Source: a virus (lineage: Duplodnaviria > Caudoviricetes). From it: a stretch of DNA of 40,654 bases. The notes beneath the pieces are model-generated. The model worked only from the letters and a program-made list of their open reading frames with translations. It was not told the origin of the DNA and ran no database searches. Shown one piece after another: positions 33,012 to 40,654 of the stretch (positions within the stretch are counted from its first letter, which is position 1; the number at the start of each line of letters is the position of its first letter). Position numbers and translations under genes: made by a program. The stretch covers positions 1 to 40,654 of the IMG/VR virus record IMGVR_UViG_3300043443_000116; one strand, given 5' to 3'.

Positions 33012-34469
33012 ATGGCCTTTGGAACTCCTGTCGTAGGAACAACAGCTTACTCAGCCGCCACAGGCACCAGCGTTGCTCCTTCATATCCTTCAGGGGTTCT
33101 AGCAACTGACCAGTTGGTAATGTTTGTGGGCATGAAGCCCTCAACAGCCAACGGAGGTACGCTAACAGCCCCTACAGGCTGGACAATTAGAGATTCTTTA
33201 ACAGCCGCTGGTGGTTACGGTACTACCCTTGGTGCTGACACAGGTAATACAAACCTCTGGGTACTTACTAAAGATACAGTTACAGCAGGACTTACAGGTT
33301 CTGTTTCTGTAACGATTGGTACTAACAACGTCTCATGGGCGTTTATCGTAAGAGTTCCTACCTCTGGTGGAACAATCTCTTACGGTACTGCTGACGGACA
33401 GAGAACTACAACGCCGACGAGTCCAATGTCCATTGGACTTACTAATGGCGCTAGTGCTACTAATTTCACTGCTGGTGATATTGCTCTGTGGGCTATGTGT
33501 ATCCCCACAGACGTTACTACACCGTCTCAGTTCTCAGCACAGTCCATCACAGCTACTGGCGCTACGTTTAACACTGCTGTAGAACTTAACGAACCTGATA
33601 GTACTACTGGTAACGACATTGGTGGCTACTCAGCATACGCTACAGTAGCTTCAGGGTCTAGCACCACTGCTCCTACGGTTACTTCTACGCTTGGGGGTAC
33701 TCTGACTAACGTTAGAGGCCCTGTAGTCCTGCTTAGACTGCATGAAACTTTAAGTGCACGTACAGGTGACTTAGCTGCTACTGAGACGGGTGCTGATGCC
33801 TTCAGCAGTAGCGGTGATGTTCACGTTAAAGGTTCATTAGCAGTATCTGAAACTGGCTCTGATACGTTCAGTGCATCAGGTGTTGTACAAGACCCTACAA
33901 TTACAGGTACATTAGCAGTTACTGAAACTGGAGCAGACTCCTTTAGCAGTGCTGGTGATGTCTTTGTTAAAGGTTCTTTAAGTGTAACTGAAACTGGTAA
34001 TGATACCTTCAGTAGCACTGGTGATGTGTTCGTTAAAGGTACACTGTCAGTCACTGAGACAGGATCAGACACATTTGCCTCTACAGGCCAGTTATCATTT
34101 AACACTGTTACAGGCTCCTTTGCAGCCTCTGAAGCATCAGATGTCATAGCAGTCAACGGTGTAGTTATCATTAAGGGTAACTTAACTGCTGCTGAAGCTG
34201 GTGTAGATACTTTTGAAGCTGTACAAGGAACATTACCTAATACAGGCTCTTTTAGTGCTTCTGAGAGTGGCTCAGACTTCTTTGGTGGCTACGTTAACGG
34301 TTACGTTGATGGATATGTCGGAGGTGTCTCAGGTTACTTAGGACGCATTGGTGGCATGGCTGCTACTGAGTCCGGAGGTGCTGTAACATTTGGTATTAAC
34401 GCTGTCATGAAGTATTACGATGGTACAGCATGGCAGATTCTATACAAAGACCCTACGGTCTACACATAA
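33012..34469 (+). CDS. Thr/Gly/Ser-rich fibre-like protein with internal repeats
   Basis: About eight ~22-26 aa repeats of G-x-L-x-(V/A)-(T/S)-E-T-G-x-D-x-F-S-x-x-G in the C-terminal half. Confidence 0.7.
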   Translation: MAFGTPVVGTTAYSAATGTSVAPSYPSGVLATDQLVMFVGMKPSTANGGTLTAPTGWTIRDSLTAAGGYGTTLGADTGNTNLWVLTKDTVTAGLTGSVSVTIGTNNVSWAFIVRVPTSGGTISYGTADGQRTTTPTSPMSIGLTNGASATNFTAGDIALWAMCIPTDVTTPSQFSAQSITATGATFNTAVELNEPDSTTGNDIGGYSAYATVASGSSTTAPTVTSTLGGTLTNVRGPVVLLRLHETLSARTGDLAATETGADAFSSSGDVHVKGSLAVSETGSDTFSASGVVQDPTITGTLAVTETGADSFSSAGDVFVKGSLSVTETGNDTFSSTGDVFVKGTLSVTETGSDTFASTGQLSFNTVTGSFAASEASDVIAVNGVVIIKGNLTAAEAGVDTFEAVQGTLPNTGSFSASESGSDFFGGYVNGYVDGYVGGVSGYLGRIGGMAATESGGAVTFGINAVMKYYDGTAWQILYKDPTVYT

Positions 34470-34490
34470 CACATAAGGAGTTCTCCATTC

Positions 34491-34718
34491 ATGGACAAAG
34501 AACTTGAACAGTATTTTGAAGCATACTTTGATTTGTTTAACACTCAAGGTTGGAAGCAGTTCATGGAAGACATGGAAGGCAACCAAGAATCCTTGAACAC
34601 AGTCATGACGATCAAAGATGCTAATGACTTTTACATTCGCAAGGGTAAACTTGAAGCTCTGAACATGATTCTGAACTTTAAGACCTACATCGAGAACTCT
34701 TATAAGGATGCTCTCTGA
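34491..34718 (+). CDS. Hypothetical head-module protein (75 aa)
   Basis: TAAGGAG RBS; contains LFNTQGWKQF. Confidence 0.75.
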   Translation: MDKELEQYFEAYFDLFNTQGWKQFMEDMEGNQESLNTVMTIKDANDFYIRKGKLEALNMILNFKTYIENSYKDAL

Positions 34719-34972
34719 TGAAAGTCTTTCATGATTATCTTTGCGATGAAGGACACATTCATGAGGCTTTTGTGGAACGGGGAACACCGTCAACTACGTG
34801 CCCTGAATGTGGTAAGACTGCCTTGAAGCAAATCAGCACTCCAACAGTTAAGCTGGAAGGAGTCACAGGGGCGTTTCCGGGGGCTTCAAGCCGATGGGAA
34901 CAGGTGAGGGCTGAGAAGCTCAAGGTAGAACGTAAGATGAAGGAATCCCACGGAGAAGGTCTCAAGTGGTGA
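34718..34972 (+). CDS. FmdB-like zinc-ribbon protein
   Basis: DYLCDEGH...CPECG...ISTP. Confidence 0.75.
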   Translation: MKVFHDYLCDEGHIHEAFVERGTPSTTCPECGKTALKQISTPTVKLEGVTGAFPGASSRWEQVRAEKLKVERKMKESHGEGLKW

Positions 34973-35018
34973 CAAACCTTATAGTATATTTCCACAATGC
35001 TTAAAGCACGGAGAACAT

Positions 35019-35843
35019 ATGTCTAAATTCATTGAGGACACTGAAGAACAAGTTCAACAAGATGACCAAGTAGAGTACAGTTCACTTGATGAACCCTCTG
35101 CTGACGAAGAAGCTCCTGTAGAGGCTCAAGCTGAGCAACCTCAACAGGAACAAGATGACGACCTACCTGAGAAGTATCGTGGTAAGACCGCTAAGGATCT
35201 TGCTAGGATGCACCAAGAGGCTGAAAAGGCTCTGGGACGACAAGGTAGTGAAGTCGGTGAACTTCGTCGTTTGGTTGATGACTTTATCCGCAGTCAAGCC
35301 TCGGCAAAACAACAAACACAAGCCCCTATTGAATCGCAAGACGAAGATATTGACTTCTTCTCTGATCCACAAAAGGCTATTGAGCAAGCTATTGCTAAAC
35401 ACCCTAAAGTCAAGCAAGCTGAGTCAGTTGCACAACAACTGAAACGTGCTGAAGCTATGGCTACTCTGAAGGCTTCTCATCCTGACTTCCAGAACATCAT
35501 TGGCTCACCTGAGTTCAGTGATTGGGTTGGTAAGTCTAAGGTGCGACAAGAACTGTACGTACGTGCTGACCAAGGCTATGACTTTGATGCTGCTAATGAG
35601 CTTCTGAGTACTTGGAAGGAACGTCAACAGGTTGTCGATAAAGCTAAGGCTGTTGAGCAAGTAGAACGTAAACAGGCTGTGAAGGCTGCTTCTACGAACT
35701 CGGTTCGTGGTAGCGCTGAAGGAGCAGGAAAGAAGATCTATCGTCGTGCAGACATCATGGATCTTATGGTCAAGAATCCTGATCGCTATATGGCGCTACA
35801 GGACGAGATCATGCAAGCGTATGCTGATAAACGCGTACGGTAA
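35019..35843 (+). CDS. Capsid scaffolding protein
   Basis: Acidic N-terminus, LPEKYRGK...EVGELR motif, helical; immediately before the capsid gene. Confidence 0.85.
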   Translation: MSKFIEDTEEQVQQDDQVEYSSLDEPSADEEAPVEAQAEQPQQEQDDDLPEKYRGKTAKDLARMHQEAEKALGRQGSEVGELRRLVDDFIRSQASAKQQTQAPIESQDEDIDFFSDPQKAIEQAIAKHPKVKQAESVAQQLKRAEAMATLKASHPDFQNIIGSPEFSDWVGKSKVRQELYVRADQGYDFDAANELLSTWKERQQVVDKAKAVEQVERKQAVKAASTNSVRGSAEGAGKKIYRRADIMDLMVKNPDRYMALQDEIMQAYADKRVR

Positions 35844-35869
35844 TTTAATCATTTTGAAAGGATACTATC

Positions 35870-36793
35870 ATGGCTTTGGGTTCTAACCACGTTACTAACA
35901 CCACCGCTGCAACCTTCATTCCTGAGATCTGGAGTGACGAGATTGTTGCCACGTACAAGCGTAGCCTCGTTGCTGCTAACCTTGTCAAGAAGATCAGCTT
36001 CAAGGGCAAGAAGGGCGACACGCTGCACATTCCCGTGCCCACCCGTGGCAACGCTTCGCTGAAGGCTGCTTCGACTCAGGTTACCCTGATTGCTGCTACC
36101 GAGTCTGACGTTGCTGTTCTGATCGACAAGCACTACGAATATAGCCGCTTGATCGAAGACATCACGGAAGTGCAAGCCCTGGCTTCGCTGCGTCGCTTCT
36201 ACACGGAAGACGCTGGCTACGCTCTGGCTCGCCAAGTTGACTCCGATGTGATCCAACTGGGTCGTGGCGTTCAAGGTGGCTCTGGCACCAACGCTTACTC
36301 TGGTGCTTTCTCCGGCGCTGACGGCACGACTGCCTACGTTGCTGCTACCAACACTGGTGTGGCTGCTCTGGCTGACTCTGCTATCCGTCGTAGCATCCAG
36401 CGTCTGGACGACCAAGACGTTCCTATGGACGGTCGTTTCCTGATCGTTCCTCCGTCTAGCCGTAACACGCTGATGGGCATCAACCGCTTCACCGAGCAAG
36501 CCTTCGTTGGCGAAGTTGGCGGCAACAACACCATCCGCAACGGCGAAATCGGTAACGTCTACGGCGTTCCTGTGTTTGTGTCTAACAACGCTGACACCAC
36601 CTCTGGCTCGACTGCTACCCGCATCTGCCTGATGGGTCATAAGGACTTCGCAGTGCTGGCTGAGCAAGTTGGTGTGCGTTCGCAGACCCAGTACAAGCAA
36701 GAGTACCTGGGTACGCTGTTCACCTCTGACACCCTGTACGGCGTCAAGGAACTGCGTGACTACGGCGCTGTTGCCCTTGCCGTTCCTGCCTAA
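35870..36793 (+). CDS. Major capsid protein
   Basis: FIPEIWS, GDTLHIP, GYALARQVD and LYGVKELR; strongest codon bias in the window. Confidence 0.92.
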   Translation: MALGSNHVTNTTAATFIPEIWSDEIVATYKRSLVAANLVKKISFKGKKGDTLHIPVPTRGNASLKAASTQVTLIAATESDVAVLIDKHYEYSRLIEDITEVQALASLRRFYTEDAGYALARQVDSDVIQLGRGVQGGSGTNAYSGAFSGADGTTAYVAATNTGVAALADSAIRRSIQRLDDQDVPMDGRFLIVPPSSRNTLMGINRFTEQAFVGEVGGNNTIRNGEIGNVYGVPVFVSNNADTTSGSTATRICLMGHKDFAVLAEQVGVRSQTQYKQEYLGTLFTSDTLYGVKELRDYGAVALAVPA

Positions 36794-36807
36794 TCAGTAA
36801 CTGATTG

Positions 36808-36842
36808 AGAGACTCCCCGGTTAACGCTGGGGATCTCTTTTA
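36808..36842 (+). terminator. Rho-independent terminator after the capsid gene
   Basis: AGAGA-ct-CCCCGG-ttaacg-CTGGGG-a-TCTCT followed by TTTAT. Confidence 0.65.
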
Positions 36843-36925
36843 TAAATATTCTTAGTTCATGAATTGCGAATGCAATGTAGAATTGAGAATATCTCTAAAA
36901 GAGACTAGATAAGGATAACAACATC

Positions 36926-37093
36926 ATGAAATTCAAATGTATTCACACTGGTAATGTCTTTGAGTTTACTCAAGAGCATGACATCAAGACTATGTTGGAA
37001 CATCCTGAGTACGAACAAGTACCAGAGGTCATTGAAGAACCTAAGCCCAAAGCTGTACGTAAATCTGTTAAGCAATCCGACACTGAGGAATAA
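36926..37093 (+). CDS. Small protein (55 aa), not in the ORF track
   Basis: TAAGGA RBS; MKFKCIHTGNVFEFTQEHDIKTMLEHPEYEQVPEVIEEPKPKAVRKSVKQSDTEE. Confidence 0.8.
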   Translation: MKFKCIHTGNVFEFTQEHDIKTMLEHPEYEQVPEVIEEPKPKAVRKSVKQSDTEE

Positions 37094-37098
37094 TACTC

Positions 37099-38961
37099 AT
37101 GGCATCTACTATCATCACCAAGAACAGCAGCACTGCTGGTGCAGTTCCTCTTGCGGCTAATCTGACCCAAGGTGAACTGGCTATCAATACTACTGATCGT
37201 CGTTTGTACACCAAAGACGCCACTGGTACGGTGGTGGAAGTAGGCTCAGGTACCGCTATTGTCTATCGTGAGAACTTTAGTGGTAACGATGTTACTACCG
37301 TGTTCACGATGGCTCATACGCCTGTTAATGAAGACTTGGTAGACATCTACATCAACGGTATCTATCAAAACAAAGATACGTTCAGTGTATCCACCAATGT
37401 TATTACCTTTACTGAGGCACCTGTGTCCGGTACTGATAACATTGAAGTCATGATCTGGCAGAGTGCTCCTATTGGTAGCACTGATGCTAACTATGTTAGT
37501 TACACCCCAGCAGGCACCGGAGCCGTCGCCACGACTGTGCAGACCAAGCTGCGCGAGACGGTGAGCGTGAAGGACTTTGGTGCTGTTGGTGATGGCGTGG
37601 CCGATGACACGGCGGCCATCAATGCGGCTATCGCAGCCTCTAAGGCCGTGTACTTCCCAAATGGCACCTACCTGATCAGCAGCACGATTGGCGACTGGGG
37701 GGCCAACCCGATTGCCAGAACGCTCTACGGCGAGAGCCAGGAGCACACCATCATCAAGTCGGCTCCCTCGTGGGGGGCGGGCGGGATGGTCTGGTTTGGT
37801 AACAGCACGGGATACGGTGCGCAGTACTGCACCGTGCGCAACCTGACCATCGACGGCCACAACCTTGTCAACAATCACTCGGGCATCGTCTACCAGTCCG
37901 CAGGATTGAGCCTTGTTCAGAATGTGACCATTCAGAACTGCGGTCGCGCAGCATGGATGCATGGCTGCATTGACACCGCCATGATCGATTGCAACATCTT
38001 CTCTTGCTTTGAGGGTGCGTGGTGGGATGTATATCCGATCGGCACGCCCAGCAGCGCCCAGGACATGACGGTCCAAGCATTACAAACCACACGCGCCAAC
38101 ATCTCGCGCATGTACGGCTGCTGGATTTCGGGTTGCGAGGCAACTTCTGTCTACATCTCTGGAGGCAGTTTCCTGCTGGATGCTTGTACGTTCCAATCGA
38201 CAACAAACAATGCCCTGTACAACATTATCCATATCGAAGATTCCAACGAGTCCTATGACTACGGTGGCGGTCCGATCATCCAGAACTGCTGGCAAGAAGG
38301 CGGGGCCTACAAGTACGCAATTTACGTGGAGAACACTAGGCAGACCCGGATCTTCAACAACCATTTGAACGGCGACTTCGGCGCAGGGACCAACGTGGAA
38401 GGGGCGATCTGCCTCGATGCTGCGTCGATCAAGAACGTGTCGATCAAGAACAATTCCATTCGGGGCAATTACGCAGCGACTCCAACAAACGGTCGCCTTG
38501 CGAACGCAGCCATTTACATTCCCAATGCCACATACAGCTACACGGCAGACATTGAGAACAACTACATCACGACGAACAGTGTGAATGTGTATTGGGAAGG
38601 TCAAACAAGCCCGACAGTAGATCGACGGGTATTGCCACTGTACGCCTCTGTTTCTATTTCAGGGACCACCCCCACACTCGACTTTCAGTCAGCTAACTTT
38701 ATAACTTCCGTTACTCGTAATGGTGTAGGCGATTACACGTTGACATATAGATTCAATCGTCAAGCCCTTGCTGCTGGAAAATATCCTGTCCTTGTAACCC
38801 CGGCTACGAACGGCGGGGGGAATATGTATGCATGTAGCGTTTTGAGCAGCAATACTGGAAATGATCGAATTCAGTTTTTCACGGTCGGAACTGGTGGAGC
38901 ATTGGCCGACCCGGCAGGCTTCACCATCATGCTGCTCGGCGGCGGCTGGCAGCAAATCTAA
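37099..38961 (+). CDS. Tailspike 1 (anchor, docking-like domain and beta-helix)
   Basis: N-terminal GELAINTTDRRLYTKD; FSGND...VDIYINGIYQ...ITFTEAP domain; SVKDFGAVGDGVADDTAAINAAI...VYFPNGTY beta-helix entry. Confidence 0.88.
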   Translation: MASTIITKNSSTAGAVPLAANLTQGELAINTTDRRLYTKDATGTVVEVGSGTAIVYRENFSGNDVTTVFTMAHTPVNEDLVDIYINGIYQNKDTFSVSTNVITFTEAPVSGTDNIEVMIWQSAPIGSTDANYVSYTPAGTGAVATTVQTKLRETVSVKDFGAVGDGVADDTAAINAAIAASKAVYFPNGTYLISSTIGDWGANPIARTLYGESQEHTIIKSAPSWGAGGMVWFGNSTGYGAQYCTVRNLTIDGHNLVNNHSGIVYQSAGLSLVQNVTIQNCGRAAWMHGCIDTAMIDCNIFSCFEGAWWDVYPIGTPSSAQDMTVQALQTTRANISRMYGCWISGCEATSVYISGGSFLLDACTFQSTTNNALYNIIHIEDSNESYDYGGGPIIQNCWQEGGAYKYAIYVENTRQTRIFNNHLNGDFGAGTNVEGAICLDAASIKNVSIKNNSIRGNYAATPTNGRLANAAIYIPNATYSYTADIENNYITTNSVNVYWEGQTSPTVDRRVLPLYASVSISGTTPTLDFQSANFITSVTRNGVGDYTLTYRFNRQALAAGKYPVLVTPATNGGGNMYACSVLSSNTGNDRIQFFTVGTGGALADPAGFTIMLLGGGWQQI

Positions 38962-38970
38962 AAAGGCGTA

Positions 38971-39234
38971 ATGACCCCCACCCCCAGCATCCTCGCCACC
39001 ATCCTCCGCTGGCGTGGCTTCCGAGCCATAACGCTGCCGCCCTTCGGCATCTACGCGCTGCCGGAGTGCTGCGGAGATGCAAGGCTGCTACGTCACGAGC
39101 AAGCTCACTGGCGTCAATATGAACGCATGGGAGTACTAAAGTTCTACGCTGTATATCTTTGGTACTCTCTTAAGTACGGTTATCGTAATAATCCTATGGA
39201 GATTGAAGCCCGTGAGGCAGAAAGACTATCATGA
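38971..39234 (+). CDS. Small HExxH protein (DUF4157-like putative metallopeptidase)
   Basis: AITLPPFGIY...LLRHEQAHWRQY...NPMEIEAR. Confidence 0.75.
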   Translation: MTPTPSILATILRWRGFRAITLPPFGIYALPECCGDARLLRHEQAHWRQYERMGVLKFYAVYLWYSLKYGYRNNPMEIEAREAERLS

Positions 39235-39494
39235 CAGACGACGACTTCCGACGCCTTGAAAACAAGGTAGACAAATTAACCGATGCTGTATCTAAGTTGA
39301 TTCTCGTTGAGGAGCGTCTTGCTAACCAAGGAGAACGTATTGGCCGTGTTGAGAGGGCTATGGCAGTCCTTGAGAAAGACATGAACGACACTAAACGCAA
39401 TCTAGATCAGTGGGTCAATAGAGGCGTTGGTGTCTGGGCTGCTGCTGGTGTCTTATTCGCTATTGTTCAGTTTGGTGCTAAGTGGTTTAACTAA
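39231..39494 (+). CDS. Coiled-coil protein with C-terminal TM helix (holin/XhlA-like)
   Basis: Heptad repeats followed by GVGVWAAAGVLFAIVQFGAKWFN. Confidence 0.65.
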   Translation: MTDDDFRRLENKVDKLTDAVSKLILVEERLANQGERIGRVERAMAVLEKDMNDTKRNLDQWVNRGVGVWAAAGVLFAIVQFGAKWFN

Positions 39495-39505
39495 AGGATA
39501 CGATC

Positions 39506-40243
39506 ATGGCTCTTTGGAACGAGAAAGACTCACGGTGGGATAATGTTCCAGACGCTGATCTGACATTCTCCGATTATGTAACTAAATTGCTACGTCAACC
39601 TAGTACTTTTGCTAGACCAGCCTTTGGTGGGCCTTTTGCGTCTACTGCTCAGCCTGCTCCGGTAGCAGATCAGACTAAGATGGAAGGTATGTTTGAGGAG
39701 TACCTTAAAGGTAAACAACAGCCTAGCTCTAGTGCTCCTTTTGGATATGATTCTGAAGGTAATCGACGTACTGCACCAGAGACTAATCTCAGTGATTCTC
39801 AGTGGGATACAGTTATGGAGATGCGCAGGCGTGAAGGCTTCTTAAATGACTACGAGAAAGCTAACCTAAAGACTGCTGGCATGGCTTTGATGGGAATGCT
39901 GGGAGGACCTCTTAGTTTTGCTCAGTCTGCTTATCGTGCTCAGGAGCCTGCAAACCAAGCCTACAGCATCTTGAATGACCGTATGTTGCAATATGGTCTT
40001 GAGAATCCTAACAGCGTGATTAGTCAAGTCTATGGCTATCAAGTTCCCAGCTCAGGCGGGGTTGCTCCTGTAGCACCAGAACCTTACATCACTGGCGGAG
40101 CTATTGATTACGGATCTAGTAGTAGTGGTTCTTATGGGGACGGCGCTTATGGCAGCGAAGCTGGCTACAGCAACCAAGCTAACTCTGGGTGGGCTAGTTC
40201 AGATTCTTATTCTGGATGGTCTCCTGGTAGCTCTACGGACTGA
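39506..40243 (+). CDS. Variable low-complexity protein (245 aa); allele B of the gene at 1..497
   Basis: AAGGA RBS; central GMALMGMLGGP hydrophobic patch; Y/G/S-rich acidic tail. Confidence 0.8.
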   Translation: MALWNEKDSRWDNVPDADLTFSDYVTKLLRQPSTFARPAFGGPFASTAQPAPVADQTKMEGMFEEYLKGKQQPSSSAPFGYDSEGNRRTAPETNLSDSQWDTVMEMRRREGFLNDYEKANLKTAGMALMGMLGGPLSFAQSAYRAQEPANQAYSILNDRMLQYGLENPNSVISQVYGYQVPSSGGVAPVAPEPYITGGAIDYGSSSSGSYGDGAYGSEAGYSNQANSGWASSDSYSGWSPGSSTD

Positions 40244-40244
40244 T

Positions 40245-40654
40245 CATGAGACACTCCATTGGCCTCACAATTCCAGCAGCTACGTTGACTACAATGTTCA
40301 CAGTGCCTGAAGGCTATGTTGCCGAGATGGACATGATGTACATTCATAATAAGTCTGCTACCAATAAGACTATTGATGTTTACTGGCAACACGCTCATGA
40401 CCCTACGCATCAGATCTACATCCTTGATGACAAACTCTTGAGCGCTAAAGACTATCTTCAGTTCAGTGATGGAACTGTTGTCTTGCAAGCTGGAGATGCC
40501 TTGAAAGTCTTGACTGAGACGGGCAGTGACTACACAGTGATTGTCACCTTTGATCTACGTAAAGAGAAACCACTGTATACCTTCTTGAACGCCTAAGAAT
40601 AAGGAACTCTTATGAATTACCTTCAGCTAGTTAATTCAGTTCTCCGACGATTGC
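40245..40654 (+). repeat. Direct repeat copy 2 of 499..908
   Basis: See copy 1. It ends inside the adaptor gene (ATG at 40612). Confidence 0.95.
40246..40596 (+). CDS. Hypothetical virion-associated protein (116 aa), copy 2
   Basis: 115/116 aa identical to 500..850. Confidence 0.85.
   Translation: MRHSIGLTIPAATLTTMFTVPEGYVAEMDMMYIHNKSATNKTIDVYWQHAHDPTHQIYILDDKLLSAKDYLQFSDGTVVLQAGDALKVLTETGSDYTVIVTFDLRKEKPLYTFLNA

Noticed and set aside
35849-36700. 283-aa antisense ORF, and similar ones at 3655..4299, 37246..38076 and 30000..30608
   Set aside because: They mirror strongly codon-biased sense genes and have no RBS or recognisable motifs.
37099-38961. Diversity-generating retroelement or invertase-driven tail switching
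   Set aside because: No reverse transcriptase or recombinase ORF and no adenine-specific TR/VR pair seen. The homology arms are direct rather than inverted.
40245-40654. Biological direct terminal repeat
   Set aside because: The copies differ by 13 SNPs, the first copy is internal, and the exact part is 127 bp, which points to an assembly overlap.
1-40654. Phage RNA polymerase, integrase/repressor, tRNA genes, alternative genetic code
   Set aside because: No ORF of suitable size or motif and no cloverleaf seen by eye (tRNAscan not run). Genes are intact in the standard code and use TAA, TGA and occasionally TAG stops.

Overview
The window is an essentially complete ~39.7 kb lytic podovirus genome. 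It has two oppositely transcribed arms. The structural/lysis arm is on + (26872-40654, continuing at 1-9461): terminases, P22-like portal, fibre-like genes, scaffold, capsid, two tailspikes, tail tube and ejection proteins, lysozyme, holin. The early/replication arm is on - (25993 down to 9668): small early genes, T7-like primase-helicase, PolA, SSB, exonuclease, endonuclease I, ThyX, MazG-like, metallophosphoesterase, B12-dependent NrdJ, glutaredoxin, PhoH. The arms converge on a bidirectional terminator (~9580-9630) and diverge from a motif-rich non-coding region (~26000-26870). I saw no RNA polymerase, integrase, repressor or tRNA. The layout resembles SIO1/cobavirus (Zobellviridae)-type phages; this is inference without a database search. 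Best leads: (1) the two tailspike bodies are flanked by matching homology arms on both sides, including a truncated copy of the downstream gene; (2) a compact pseudoknot-capped stem links the terS stop codon to the RBS of a GIY-YIG endonuclease; (3) the contig ends carry two very different alleles of one gene beside a nearly identical neighbour, joined by an exact 127-bp assembly overlap; (4) there is an 11-bp-phased DnaA-box-like array with Fur-like and IHF sites; (5) an unannotated 40-aa Pro-rich early peptide ends in EAPF, like an SSB C-terminal tail. All product calls come from motif recognition by eye.
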